A stretch of 64,000 nt of DNA, taken from positions 25,408 through 89,407 of the forward strand of contig CACYHX010000002.1 of assembly GCA_902774365.1 (NCBI GenBank), read 5' to 3'. This document shows, piece by piece, positions 45,212 to 54,643 of this stretch. Numbering within the stretch: the first letter of the stretch is position 1; the number at the start of each line of letters is the position of its first letter. The position numbers and the translations under genes were made by a program. Under the pieces are notes generated by a model, which had not been told where the DNA came from, made no database searches, and saw only the letters and a list, made by a program, of their open reading frames with translations. The stretch comes from an uncultured Bacteroidia bacterium. Its GTDB lineage: Bacteria; Bacteroidota; Bacteroidia; Bacteroidales; F082.

Positions 45212-47341
45212 TTACCATCCCAGACGTACCGACACGCCATTGGGGTCGTTCTCAAACTCCAAAAGGAGCGTACGGCTTGAAGCATCCCAACTCCATTGGC
45301 TTGTCACACCGACATTCACGATGTCGGGTTCTTTCGGAAGCAGGATGCGCATCACATTGCCGGTATTGGCGGGCGACTTGGAAACAAAACTGAAGCTATG
45401 GTCAGTGAACGTCTCGTCATACTGCCGCGAGGCTGCAGCCAACACCTGCGGACGGGTAGTATCCATCAACTTATCCAAATCATACAGGAAAGCCTGTTCG
45501 CCAAGTTGAACCTCCTTTTCGGAAAGCACAGGCAACGAAGGGTCGAACAAGTCGATGAAACGACCTTCCAACACCAAAGGATCGTTTGAAACAGGGCTCT
45601 CGTCTACGACAGAGGCCATCAGATAAGGTCCCCTTTGCAAAACGAAGGAGTTCTTTTGTTCGTATGGGCCGTAAGCCGATTCTAAGGTTTGTAAAAGCAG
45701 GCTGTCGGCACCCGCAGTCAGGACAAACTCTTGCGGATTGTGTCGTAGCACATAGACATGGCCTTTGCCAAAGCTATACTGTCCTTCAGCAACTTGTTCG
45801 TCCATACCCATCAGCGCAAAAAGATGTTGCGAAGGGGCGGTATAATGGTTCCCGTTGGTATTCCACCATTCGGGCACGGACTGGAACGGGTCGTCGTCAC
45901 GCCCACAATAAATCAGACTGCCGCCCTGCCCCACCCAATCGGCTATGTGCTGATGCGCCTCGGGATCAAGGGGCTTCATGTTGTGATACGTCATCAGCAG
46001 CACATGTTGGTCGCGCCAAGTCGCTTCATATCCCACGTTTTCCAAATGGATGATACCCAAAGGGATGCCCTGCTTAATGAGCGGCATGGCCAAGCCAAAG
46101 AAATTGACCAGATACGAGTCTCCTTCACCCATGAAGGGCTGCTGGAACATGATGGAGTTCGACAAAAGCACGCTGATGCCTCTTGAACCACTGACATGGT
46201 TTTCTGACGTAGGCATATCTTTGAGCGCATTCACCATCACCTGCATCTGCGTAGAATAGTGTCTTGGGATAAGCGTCTTCTCTTCATTATCGGCACTGGC
46301 AGGATACTGCCTTCCATAGATGCGTTCGGGCCAAGGCATCACCTCGTAGTCCGCGATGTTGGGATAAAACAGTTGGGCGACAAAGGTAGCCTGGTAGTTA
46401 CGATTGTAATCCTCCCAGTTTACGGCTCGATCCTCGATGGGGTCGGTCAGGAAGTACATCTTGCGTCCGGTGGGTCGGGCCATCGACTCAAGACAGCCGT
46501 ATTCCAAGAAGGCCATCTCGAAGACACGCTCTTTCAGCACGCCGTTGTAATGGTTGGCCATGCGTGAGGTACCCGTCCACACCTGGGCGATATAGCCGTC
46601 GCAATTCTTCAAGGAATGCAACGAACATTCGGGAGAAACGATGCCCCATTGTGCGTAATTGAGCAAGGAGTGTGTCGGCACAAAGCAACGGACCTCCCTT
46701 CCCTGCTCCCGTCCATATTGTTTGGCATAGGCGAAAGCCTCGTCGAGGGCACGATAATAAAGATGGTATTTGAGTTTGTTGGCAAGATAAGTATTCTCCG
46801 CCGACTCGTGCTGAGGCCGCCATGGGAAGCCATAAAAGTCCTGCCACTCACGTTTGAACGCCTCGCTGTAACCGCTCCACACCCAAAACTCAGGCTCTTC
46901 AAAATAAAGGACATTCAATCCCTCGTCGATGACGCGTTTGATGTGTCTCTCTTTGAAATAATCAAGGAAACTCCGTGTCGGCACAACGTAAGGCGAATTG
47001 GGGCCATGCATGATTCCTTCGCCCGAAAGTCTTATTTGCACTACGTCGTCATGGGGTTTTCCATCCCATTCTCCCTTGAAATAAGCGTCAAAGCCACCCC
47101 AAGCGATGCCCGACATGAAATGCGTGGCATAGCCATGGTCGCGCCATGAATTCACACGGTCGTGGAACGAAAGTGTCGTATAATCGCCTGCGCCATATAC
47201 CATGACCACGTCGGAGCGGACATCGATGGTGGGTTTCCATTCTGTAAGGGTCTGAAACGAGGTCTTATCGCGCTGCGCCCATAGGGATTGCCACATCAGC
47301 AGCGAAAGGACTATGAGCATAGTTCTACGCATAGTGAGCAT
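45212..47341 (-). CDS. Secreted hypothetical protein (709 aa), possibly glycoside-hydrolase-like
   Basis: Signal peptide MRRTMLIVLSLLMWQSLWAQ. No motif was confidently recognised. The start shares one base with the stop of the upstream GT2 gene (TAATG). Confidence 0.7.
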   Translation of the reverse strand: MLTMRRTMLIVLSLLMWQSLWAQRDKTSFQTLTEWKPTIDVRSDVVMVYGAGDYTTLSFHDRVNSWRDHGYATHFMSGIAWGGFDAYFKGEWDGKPHDDVVQIRLSGEGIMHGPNSPYVVPTRSFLDYFKERHIKRVIDEGLNVLYFEEPEFWVWSGYSEAFKREWQDFYGFPWRPQHESAENTYLANKLKYHLYYRALDEAFAYAKQYGREQGREVRCFVPTHSLLNYAQWGIVSPECSLHSLKNCDGYIAQVWTGTSRMANHYNGVLKERVFEMAFLEYGCLESMARPTGRKMYFLTDPIEDRAVNWEDYNRNYQATFVAQLFYPNIADYEVMPWPERIYGRQYPASADNEEKTLIPRHYSTQMQVMVNALKDMPTSENHVSGSRGISVLLSNSIMFQQPFMGEGDSYLVNFFGLAMPLIKQGIPLGIIHLENVGYEATWRDQHVLLMTYHNMKPLDPEAHQHIADWVGQGGSLIYCGRDDDPFQSVPEWWNTNGNHYTAPSQHLFALMGMDEQVAEGQYSFGKGHVYVLRHNPQEFVLTAGADSLLLQTLESAYGPYEQKNSFVLQRGPYLMASVVDESPVSNDPLVLEGRFIDLFDPSLPVLSEKEVQLGEQAFLYDLDKLMDTTRPQVLAAASRQYDETFTDHSFSFVSKSPANTGNVMRILLPKEPDIVNVGVTSQWSWDASSRTLLLEFENDPNGVSVRLGW

Positions 47342-49293
47342 TATTTCGCCGCCACCGACCTGAAAAACACCTCGGCGTCTTTCCAGACGGTGTAATCACG
47401 GGCATACAGCAAGTTCATCTGATTGAGGGCATCGGCTTCGATATTCTTTTCCATATAAGAAGCGGGATTGTAGACGCCCTTGCGAATCTTGGGCAGCTTC
47501 TGCGATTCATCGGCAGGCGAGCAATACCCCACCCAAGTTCTTCGGCCAAACAACACAAGGACTGCGTTTTTGAGGAACTGTACAGGCTGCTTCACCACCA
47601 AGGCCAAAGGCAGCCAGAAGATGATGCTGAACACGCTCATCACCACGTCGAAGAGACGCTTGTTACGGCGGTTGGCCACCGTGTCAATCGCCTTGATGTC
47701 GACAGTGTAGAGGTCGCCGCGGGTGTTGATGCTGTTGCTGCCGATGATGGAGAGGCTGTCTTCGGGGGCAATCTTATAGTCTACATCAGTGGCATGCCAG
47801 TCCACCATCTTGTCGATGATGACCTGATGCGGCACATCCTTGGAACAAAAGATGACCTCGGTGATCTTGTAAATCTCAATGATGTCGGGCACCTGCGAGA
47901 GGTTGCCGATGAAACCCTCGGGGGCCTCGCCTTGTGTCTCGGAACTCACCAAACCGATGAAATCAGGCTTGATGGAGGTGCTTTCCAAGATGGAGTTGAC
48001 GCGTTGCGTTTCTTGAGGGCTACCGATGACGAGGAAACGTTTCTTCTCCGTCCGCTTCGACTGGAAGTTCTCATTGCCCGTCAGGACACCGATAAAACGC
48101 GTGAGGCTCATCTCGATGGCGAGCCACAACATGCCGAAGAGTATCAAGGCGCGGGAGAAACGCAGACTCTCAGGCAGCAAGGCGTAGAGCACCAGAATCA
48201 CGGCGCTGCCAAAGGCCACGCCGAGGATGGCTTTCGCGATGCTATAAGGTTTGTCGTAGCCTCCTGAGAAATAGGTCGACAACAGCCAAATCAAGATATA
48301 AACCGGCAAGACCACAGCAAAGAGCACTGTGGGATAGGTGCCCACACCGCCGTAGATGTTGCCGTGGCCCCAGAAGTAGCTGATGGCCGCCAAGCCTCCG
48401 TAGCCCAACACGGCATCGAGAAACGGTATGGCCGCCTTGTGGAAGAACTGCGACACCAAAGCAAAAAACGCCTTGATGTAGATGGCCAAATTAATAAGGA
48501 AAGAGAACGACTTGGCCCACGAGTTGCCAAAGTGTTTCTTGGCGAAAATCTCCATGGCGCGGTAGAAGACAAACACGTAGTTGACGCTGGTCTTCTTGGT
48601 GCTCTCACCCTTGTAGTGGATGATGCGCGTCTCAGGGAAATAATAGTTCTTGTAACCGCCCTGCGTGATGCGATACGACAGGTCGATGTCCTCGCCGTAC
48701 ATGAAGAAAGTCTCGTCCAAAAGGCCGACTTTATCCAAGGTCTCCTTGCGCATCAGCATGAAGGCGCCGGCAAGAATCTCCACCTCGTTGGTCTCGTCGT
48801 CGGAGAGATGGCCCATGTAATAGCGGGCAAAGCGTTTGCTATGCGGGAAGAGCTTGCAGAGGCCGAACATCTTATAGAACGCCGTCGAAGGCGTGGGCAA
48901 GCCGCGTTTCGACTCTGGCAGGAACTGTCCCTTGCCGTCGACCATCTTCACGCCGAGGCCACCCGCGTCGGGATGACTGTCCATGAAGGCGATGCACTTC
49001 GCGAAGGTGTCGTCTTCCACCACCGTGTCGGGATTGAGGAGCAAGACATACTCGCCCGTCGAAATCCTTATCGCTTGGTTGTTTGCCTTCGCAAAGCCCA
49101 CGTTGTCCTTGTTGGCGATGACCTTGACCTCGGGAAACTTCTGAGCCAACATCTTCAACGATCCGTCGACGGAGTTGTTGTCGACGACAAACACCTCCCC
49201 CTCAATGCCTTGCATAGCGCGGCGCACCGAGTGCAGGCACTGTTCGAGGAAGTACTCGACGTTATAGTTGACGATGACGACAGAGAGCTTCAT
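47341..49293 (-). CDS. GT2-family glycosyltransferase fused to a polytopic membrane domain and a sugar-transferase-like C-terminus
   Basis: N-terminus MKLSVVIVNYNVEYFLEQCLHSV...VVDNNSVDGS (GT2). Central TM-rich block. C-terminal RRNKRLFDVVMSVFSIIFWLPLALVV is typical of the bacterial sugar transferase N-terminal helix. Confidence 0.8.
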   Translation of the reverse strand: MKLSVVIVNYNVEYFLEQCLHSVRRAMQGIEGEVFVVDNNSVDGSLKMLAQKFPEVKVIANKDNVGFAKANNQAIRISTGEYVLLLNPDTVVEDDTFAKCIAFMDSHPDAGGLGVKMVDGKGQFLPESKRGLPTPSTAFYKMFGLCKLFPHSKRFARYYMGHLSDDETNEVEILAGAFMLMRKETLDKVGLLDETFFMYGEDIDLSYRITQGGYKNYYFPETRIIHYKGESTKKTSVNYVFVFYRAMEIFAKKHFGNSWAKSFSFLINLAIYIKAFFALVSQFFHKAAIPFLDAVLGYGGLAAISYFWGHGNIYGGVGTYPTVLFAVVLPVYILIWLLSTYFSGGYDKPYSIAKAILGVAFGSAVILVLYALLPESLRFSRALILFGMLWLAIEMSLTRFIGVLTGNENFQSKRTEKKRFLVIGSPQETQRVNSILESTSIKPDFIGLVSSETQGEAPEGFIGNLSQVPDIIEIYKITEVIFCSKDVPHQVIIDKMVDWHATDVDYKIAPEDSLSIIGSNSINTRGDLYTVDIKAIDTVANRRNKRLFDVVMSVFSIIFWLPLALVVKQPVQFLKNAVLVLFGRRTWVGYCSPADESQKLPKIRKGVYNPASYMEKNIEADALNQMNLLYARDYTVWKDAEVFFRSVAAK

Positions 49294-49301
49294 GCGTTAC
49301 G

Positions 49302-50477
49302 TCATTTCGGGATAGAATACGAGTCGTGGTTGACTTTGACGGCTTTGATTTGCGGACCATCATACTCGGGGAGGCCGTCGCCAATGTTTTCAAAGCCGCA
49401 GGCATTCAAGATCTTGGCTTTGAGGTCGCGGTTCTGCATCCAGCCAGTGAACTGCTCGGCACCAGGACCGTAGGCATACACCATCACGGGGAGGCAGGTA
49501 TGGCTACGCGTGGAGTAATTGAACACTGGGTTGGTGTATTTGCCATTGGGGTCGGGCATCGTGAGGCCGCCCGTCTCATGGTCGGCAGTGACTACGACGA
49601 GGGTGTTGCCTTTCTCCTTGGCATAATCGAGGGCCACTTTGACGGCATAGTCGAAGTCGAGCATCTCGTCCATCATCCAGGTGGAGTCTTGGGCATGGCA
49701 GGCGAAGTCGATCTGAGAGCCTTCCACCATGAGGAAGAAACCGTTTTCGGCATTGTCGAGGGTACGCAGGGCAGTCTTCACGGCACGGGGCAGGAAGTCG
49801 CCGCGTTCCGCCGCAGGCGGCATGTGGTCGTCGTTGGCGATGACAGCATATTTCTTACAGGTCTCGTCGATGTCGGCGAGGGTGTCGTACACCTTCCAAC
49901 CATACTTGTCGACCATCATCTCCAGCAGGTTGAGGCTGTCCTCGCGTTGGTTGAAGTACTTACGGCCGCCGCCGATGATCAGGTTGACGTTCTCGGTCTC
50001 AGCAAGCTGCATAGCGATGTCATCATATTGCTTGCGCTTCGGCACCTTGGCGTAGAAGGTAGCCGGCGTGGCGTGGGTGACATAGCACGACACCACGATA
50101 CCCGTCTCCTTGCCTTGTTCTTTCAGCACCTCAAGGACGGTCTTCACGGGGATGAAATCGGGAGTCATGCCGACCATGCCGTTCTTGGTCTTGTGGTCGC
50201 TGGCGAGGGCGGTGCCACCGGCAGCGGAGTCGGTGATGTCGTTGCTTGCGGAGTGGGTATCGACCACGCCGATATAAGGAAACTGCGAGAAAGTCATCTT
50301 CTCATGCGAAGCGAGCATGGCGGCATACACCTGAGGCAGCGCCATACCGTCGCCAATCATGTAGATGACATTCATGGCTTTAGGTGGTTCAGGAGTTTCT
50401 TCTTTCTTAGTGCCACATGAGGACAATATGCCCATTATGACGAGGGCGACAAGGGATAGTGTAGTTAGTTTTTTCAT
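49302..50477 (-). CDS. phoA: Alkaline phosphatase (PhoA family), lipoprotein
   Basis: Lipobox GILSSC. IYMIGDGMALPQ and the active-site region DITDSAAGGTALAS. Confidence 0.85.
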   Translation of the reverse strand: MKKLTTLSLVALVIMGILSSCGTKKEETPEPPKAMNVIYMIGDGMALPQVYAAMLASHEKMTFSQFPYIGVVDTHSASNDITDSAAGGTALASDHKTKNGMVGMTPDFIPVKTVLEVLKEQGKETGIVVSCYVTHATPATFYAKVPKRKQYDDIAMQLAETENVNLIIGGGRKYFNQREDSLNLLEMMVDKYGWKVYDTLADIDETCKKYAVIANDDHMPPAAERGDFLPRAVKTALRTLDNAENGFFLMVEGSQIDFACHAQDSTWMMDEMLDFDYAVKVALDYAKEKGNTLVVVTADHETGGLTMPDPNGKYTNPVFNYSTRSHTCLPVMVYAYGPGAEQFTGWMQNRDLKAKILNACGFENIGDGLPEYDGPQIKAVKVNHDSYSIPK

Positions 50478-50515
50478 TATTGTTGAATCGATGATTGTTT
50501 AATCGTTTAATTGTT

Positions 50516-50648
50516 GAGGTTCCCTGCGGGAATGGAGAGCTGTCTGTAGTTAAAAGGCGGCGGTTTCAAGAATCTTATGACTTGTGAACTCCACAAGCCG
50601 CCGCATTAAATGAGAACCTCACCACGCCATTCCCCGAAGGGGAATCCC
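50516..50648. repeat. Nested palindromic intergenic element of about 130 bp (TTCCC-N3-4-GGGAATGGAG family), copy A
   Basis: Left end TTCCCTGCGGGAATGGAG; central GGCGGCGG...CCGCCGC stem; right end CCATTCCCCGAAGGGGAA. It lies between the tkt-C stop and the phoA start. Confidence 0.75.
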
Positions 50649-50673
50649 CTTAAATAAGGTTATTTCTTTCTTT

Positions 50674-51627
50674 TTATTGCTTCCTTCCAACAACTTTTTT
50701 CACGGCCTCCACGATGTCGGGCGTGTCGAGGTGATAGGCTTTCAGCAGTTCGTCGGGCGTGCCGCTTTGGCCGAACACGTCGTTGACGGCCACCATCTCC
50801 ATCGGGCAAGGCATGTTCGTGGCCAGAACCTGTGCGATGCTGTCGCCCAGGCCACCGTTACGCTGATGCTCTTCCGCCGTGACCACACAACGGGTCTTCT
50901 TCACCGACTTCAGCACCGCCTCCACATCCAAAGGCTTGATGGTGTGGATGTTGATGAGTTCTGCGTTGATGCCCATCTCCTTCAGAATCGGCAGGGCTTG
51001 CACGGCTTTCCAAACGAGGTGACCGCAGGCGAAGATGGTCACGTCGGTGCCTTCTTGCAACATCTGGGCCTTTCCGATGACGAATTTCTCGTCCACAGGG
51101 GTGAAGTTCGGCACTTTCGGGCGACCGAAACGAAGGTACACAGGGCCGTCGTATTCGGCAGCGGCGATGGTGGCGTTTTTGGTCTGGTTGAAGTCACAAG
51201 GCACGATGACGGTCATATTAGGCAGCATCTTCATCAAGCCGATGTCCTCGAGGATCTGGTGCGTGGCGCCGTCCTCGCCGAGGGTGACACCGGCATGGGA
51301 GGCGGCAATCTTCACGTTCTTGTTGGAATAGGCCACGCTCTGACGGATCTGGTCGTAGACGCGCCCCGTGGAGAAGGCTGCGAAGGTGCCCGTGAACGGC
51401 ACGAAGCCGCTCAAGGCCATACCTGCCGCCATGTTAATCATGTTGGCCTCGGCGATGCCCGTCTGGAAGAAACGCTCGGGGAACTCCTTGGCGAAGTCGC
51501 CCATCTTGAGTGAGCCGGTGAGGTCGGCACAGAAAGCCACCACCTTGGGATTGCGGCGACCCGCTTCGAGCAGGCCCTCACCGAACCCTGATCTTGTATC
51601 TTTGTTGTTTTGAATTGTAAAGTCCAT
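50674..51627 (-). CDS. Transketolase, C-terminal (pyrimidine-binding) subunit
   Basis: 317 aa. RSGFGEGLLEAG..., FFQTGIAEANMINMAAGMA and the C-terminal TK_C domain. Confidence 0.9.
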   Translation of the reverse strand: MDFTIQNNKDTRSGFGEGLLEAGRRNPKVVAFCADLTGSLKMGDFAKEFPERFFQTGIAEANMINMAAGMALSGFVPFTGTFAAFSTGRVYDQIRQSVAYSNKNVKIAASHAGVTLGEDGATHQILEDIGLMKMLPNMTVIVPCDFNQTKNATIAAAEYDGPVYLRFGRPKVPNFTPVDEKFVIGKAQMLQEGTDVTIFACGHLVWKAVQALPILKEMGINAELINIHTIKPLDVEAVLKSVKKTRCVVTAEEHQRNGGLGDSIAQVLATNMPCPMEMVAVNDVFGQSGTPDELLKAYHLDTPDIVEAVKKVVGRKQ

Positions 51628-51674
51628 GTGTGTATTATTTCAAGATTTCAATATTTCAAATTTCAAGATTGAGT

Positions 51675-51795
51675 TTCCCTTCGGGAATGGAGTTTATTCG
51701 TTACATTATTCACGGCGGCAAGAGAATTTGGCTAACCGTAGTACCACTAGCCGCCGCAAACAAAAACAATCTCTGAACTCCATTCCCGTAGGGAA
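51675..51795. repeat. Nested palindromic intergenic element (same family), copy B
   Basis: 20-bp terminal inverted repeats TTCCCTTCGGGAATGGAGTT / AACTCCATTCCCGTAGGGAA (19/20 complementary). Central GGCGGC...GCCGCC stem. It abuts the tkt-N stop (51797) and splits the two transketolase subunit genes. Confidence 0.8.
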
Positions 51796-51796
51796 T

Positions 51797-52639
51797 CTAA
51801 TAATCCCCTAAAGTCTCCTCCAATTGTGACAAAGCATTGGCGGCTTGTTCGTCGTTGGGGGCCGAGCCGTGCCATTTATGGGTACCCATCATGAAGTCGA
51901 CGCCCATGCCCATCTCGGTATGCGCCAAGATGAGTTGCGGAGCGCCTTGAAAGGCGTTCTCGCGGGCGAACTTCAAGGTGTTCACCACGGCTTGCATGTT
52001 GTTACCGCTCATCTCGAGCACATTCCAGCCGAAGGCCTCGTACTTGGCACGCAGGTCGCCGAGGTTGAGCACGTCGTCGGTCGGGCCGTCGATTTGTTTC
52101 TTGTTGTAGTCGACGATGGCGATGAGATTATCCACGCCTTTTGCTGGAGCATACATGGCGGCTTCCCAGATCTGGCCTTCCTCCTGCTCGCCGTCACCCA
52201 TGAGGACGAAGACGAGGTGTTTGTCGCCATTGAGACGCTTGGCCTGTGCCGCGCCTACTGCGACGGAGAGTCCCTGTCCGAGCGAGCCCGAGGCGATACG
52301 AACGCCAGGCAGCCCCTCAGCCGTGGTGGGATGCCCTTGCAGGCGTGTGCCGAGGCGGCGGAAGGTAGCCAACTCCTTGACGGGGAAATAGCCACGACGA
52401 GCGAGGATGCTATAGAACATCGGGCTGATGTGGCCGTTGGAGAGGAAAAACATGTCCTCGCCGTTGCCGTCCATGCGGAAATTAGCGGAGTCGATTTGCA
52501 TCTGGTCGAAATACAGGGCGGTGACGATGTCGGTCGCGCCCAACGAACCGCCTGGGTGACCCGACTGGCAGCCATGCACCATGCGGATGATGTCGCGGCG
52601 CACCTGAGAGGCGATTCTCTCTAATTCATTGATGGTCAT
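51797..52639 (-). CDS. Transketolase, N-terminal (TPP-binding) subunit
   Basis: Start chosen at MTINELERIASQVRRDIIRMVH (the ORF extends to 52789, but the extension is non-homologous and basic). SGHPGGSLG and GDGEQEEGQIWEA are TPP-binding signatures. Confidence 0.9.
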   Translation of the reverse strand: MTINELERIASQVRRDIIRMVHGCQSGHPGGSLGATDIVTALYFDQMQIDSANFRMDGNGEDMFFLSNGHISPMFYSILARRGYFPVKELATFRRLGTRLQGHPTTAEGLPGVRIASGSLGQGLSVAVGAAQAKRLNGDKHLVFVLMGDGEQEEGQIWEAAMYAPAKGVDNLIAIVDYNKKQIDGPTDDVLNLGDLRAKYEAFGWNVLEMSGNNMQAVVNTLKFARENAFQGAPQLILAHTEMGMGVDFMMGTHKWHGSAPNDEQAANALSQLEETLGDY

Positions 52640-52691
52640 ATTGGAAGTGATTTTTATTTTGATTAAAGTGACTGCAAATTTACGGAAAAAA

Positions 52692-52880
52692 CTATTCCAA
52701 ATCACCCTTGTCGACCTTGTTTTTCTTTCGGTCGTAGTCCTTCTTTGACTTATGCACTTTCGCCGGCCGCATACTGACCTGCTTGCCATACTGCTCGATT
52801 TCCTTCTCGCGGTCGGCTTTGAGGCGGGCTTTCAGAGTGGTGTATTGCTTTTTCTTGGGCTTTTTGGATTTGGATTTCAT
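52692..52880 (-). CDS. Small lysine-rich basic protein (62 aa), hypothetical
   Basis: Intact ORF MKSKSKKPKKKQYTTLKARLKADREKEIEQYGK... in the gap between the YgcG-like gene and tkt-N, on the same strand. No homology was recognised. Confidence 0.4.
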   Translation of the reverse strand: MKSKSKKPKKKQYTTLKARLKADREKEIEQYGKQVSMRPAKVHKSKKDYDRKKNKVDKGDLE

Positions 52881-52975
52881 GGCACATCAAAAAAAATGAA
52901 TTATCAATTCTCAACTTCTGGACGCAAGCATTGCGTTCCTACTCCACACTCCTAACTTCAAACTCCAAACTAAAA

Positions 52976-54550
52976 TTACCACCTCCCCGAATGTCCGCCG
53001 CCACCACTTCTGCCACCGCCGAAGGAGCCTCTCGACGAATGATGGCTGGAGGAATGATAGCTGCGGCTACCGGAGGAACTACTACTACTACTACCACTAC
53101 TACTTGTGTAACGCACCAGCATGGGTATCGCCACCATCTTGACGAAGGTCGCGCCACAGTGCTCACAGACGTAGGTCTCTTGCTTCTCACCCGTTTGGGA
53201 ATATGTGGCTTGGCGCGTCGTCTCGGTATTCGTCAACGCAGCCGTGAAAGCGCCACATTGCGAGCAAGTCGAAAACTTGTTGTAACTGCGACCGTGTTCC
53301 TTCACCACGATAACGTGGCCGTTGTCGCAGCGGTAAGGCGTAAACTTCAAGGCCCCCACCCTATTCTCCACCTCGTGGATCTCAGGCAGGCGGAAATAGT
53401 TGTCCTTGCTCATCATGTCGCCGCATTTCGGACAACGGCAGTCATCGCTGCCTTCCGTCTTCTTCTTTAGAATAAGGTAGTATATCCAACCCAGCCACGG
53501 CGCCATCCACATCGCGACCTTGGTGCTCTTGTGGTCTAAGGCGGCTTGGTAGACCGAATGCGGGTTGACTGAGGTCCTGGCCAGCTTCTTTGCCATATTC
53601 AAGACGCGTTGGTTGTGACGGAAGCACATCCAGGTGAGATACAACAGCAAGGTAATCACTGCTATCCAGCTGTAAAGCTTGACCTCCTCCATCTCGGGGA
53701 AACGTGCCGTCATGAAGGCAACCACCAGGAACATGATGACGAAAATGGAAAAGCCGAGCATCAAGCCGCCAAGGCAGCCCTGGTCCACCCATGGAGAGCC
53801 CGTCCAGCTAGACTTGAAGCCGTCAACGTAGGTGATGCCGTCTTCCTGATTCAAGTTGAACTTGTCCGACACAGTGCCCTTTTCCTTGCTCTCTTTGCGT
53901 TTGTACAGCCAGAAGAAGAGGCCGGCGAAGGGCAAGGAGAGCATGAACAGACCAAACACACCCAGCCATAGGTAATTGCCTGCGTTCTCAAAATCGTCAT
54001 CGTTTTGGCTTTCGACAACAGCAGGTAGTGTCGTCTTCAACCCCATGGGCACCTCGCCGCCGAAGACGGTGACGATTTCAGCGACACCGGCACAAAGACC
54101 GCCTTCGTAGTCACCGGCACGGAAATGCGGAGCCATCGCATTAGTGAAGATACGTTCACACTTGGCGTCGGTAAGCGTCTCTTCCGCTCCATAACCCGTC
54201 TCCGTCTCAAGTGCATGCTGGTCCTCTATGAAGAGTAACAACACACCGTTGTTGGTCTCGGCATCGCCGATGCCCCAGTAGTTGAACAGATCGGTGGCGA
54301 AATGCTTCGGCTCGGCCTCGCCGATGCTGGTCAGCGTCACAACGAAGACGTCGGCTTTATCGCGGATGGCACACAAGGCCGTGTTGATGGTCATCTCGAC
54401 GCTGTCGGAGAGGTAGCCGTCGGGGTCGCTGACATGGATGTCGTTGCTCTCCAGGCGCGTGTTGGGCACGGTTTGCACCGTCCAAGTCCTTTGCGCCATC
54501 GTGCTGATAGACAAAGATATCAAAAGCAGAAGCAGTATTATTTTCCTCAT
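52976..54550 (-). CDS. TPM-domain / YgcG-family membrane protein with a Cys-rich zinc-ribbon-like module and a Ser/Gly-rich tail
   Basis: Start at MRKIILLLLLISLSISTMAQ (the ORF extends to 54796). TPM-like N-terminal domain, 4 TM segments, CxxC pairs (CRCPKCG, CSQCG, CEHCG). Tail SSSGSSSSSSSGS...GGGRSGGGGHSGRW is encoded partly by an (ACT)n trinucleotide run at about 53079-53105. Confidence 0.75.
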   Translation of the reverse strand: MRKIILLLLLISLSISTMAQRTWTVQTVPNTRLESNDIHVSDPDGYLSDSVEMTINTALCAIRDKADVFVVTLTSIGEAEPKHFATDLFNYWGIGDAETNNGVLLLFIEDQHALETETGYGAEETLTDAKCERIFTNAMAPHFRAGDYEGGLCAGVAEIVTVFGGEVPMGLKTTLPAVVESQNDDDFENAGNYLWLGVFGLFMLSLPFAGLFFWLYKRKESKEKGTVSDKFNLNQEDGITYVDGFKSSWTGSPWVDQGCLGGLMLGFSIFVIMFLVVAFMTARFPEMEEVKLYSWIAVITLLLYLTWMCFRHNQRVLNMAKKLARTSVNPHSVYQAALDHKSTKVAMWMAPWLGWIYYLILKKKTEGSDDCRCPKCGDMMSKDNYFRLPEIHEVENRVGALKFTPYRCDNGHVIVVKEHGRSYNKFSTCSQCGAFTAALTNTETTRQATYSQTGEKQETYVCEHCGATFVKMVAIPMLVRYTSSSGSSSSSSSGSRSYHSSSHHSSRGSFGGGRSGGGGHSGRW

Positions 54551-54610
54551 GACGATCAGGGTTTTCAAAGCACAAAGATACAAAAGCCACACAATTTTCC
54601 GAGATTTTAT

Positions 54611-54618
54611 TATTTTTG
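54611..54618 (+). promoter_or_regulatory. Candidate -7 box (TATTTTTG) for the TPR-aroE operon
   Basis: Matches TAnnTTTG, 25 nt upstream of ATG54644. Confidence 0.3.
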
Positions 54619-54643
54619 CACAAAATTTCAGTCGAGGCAGACC

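Noticed and set aside
50516-51795. TPP riboswitch or other leader controlling the transketolase genes
   Set aside because: The elements lie between and after the tkt cistrons rather than upstream of the operon. They have terminal inverted repeats and differ in their interiors. No conserved TPP-riboswitch core (CUGAGA / ACCUGAUCUGGAUAAUGCCAGCG-like) was seen.
52640-52789. N-terminal extensions of ORFs in the track (tkt-N to 52789, YgcG-like to 54796, TPR to 54302, small membrane protein to 55981, OMP to 61720, kinase to 40768, 2,293-aa ORF to 31914)
   Set aside because: The extensions run into neighbouring genes or the opposite strand's coding sequence. They lack homology-like sequence and precede internal Met codons that give canonical N-termini or signal peptides.
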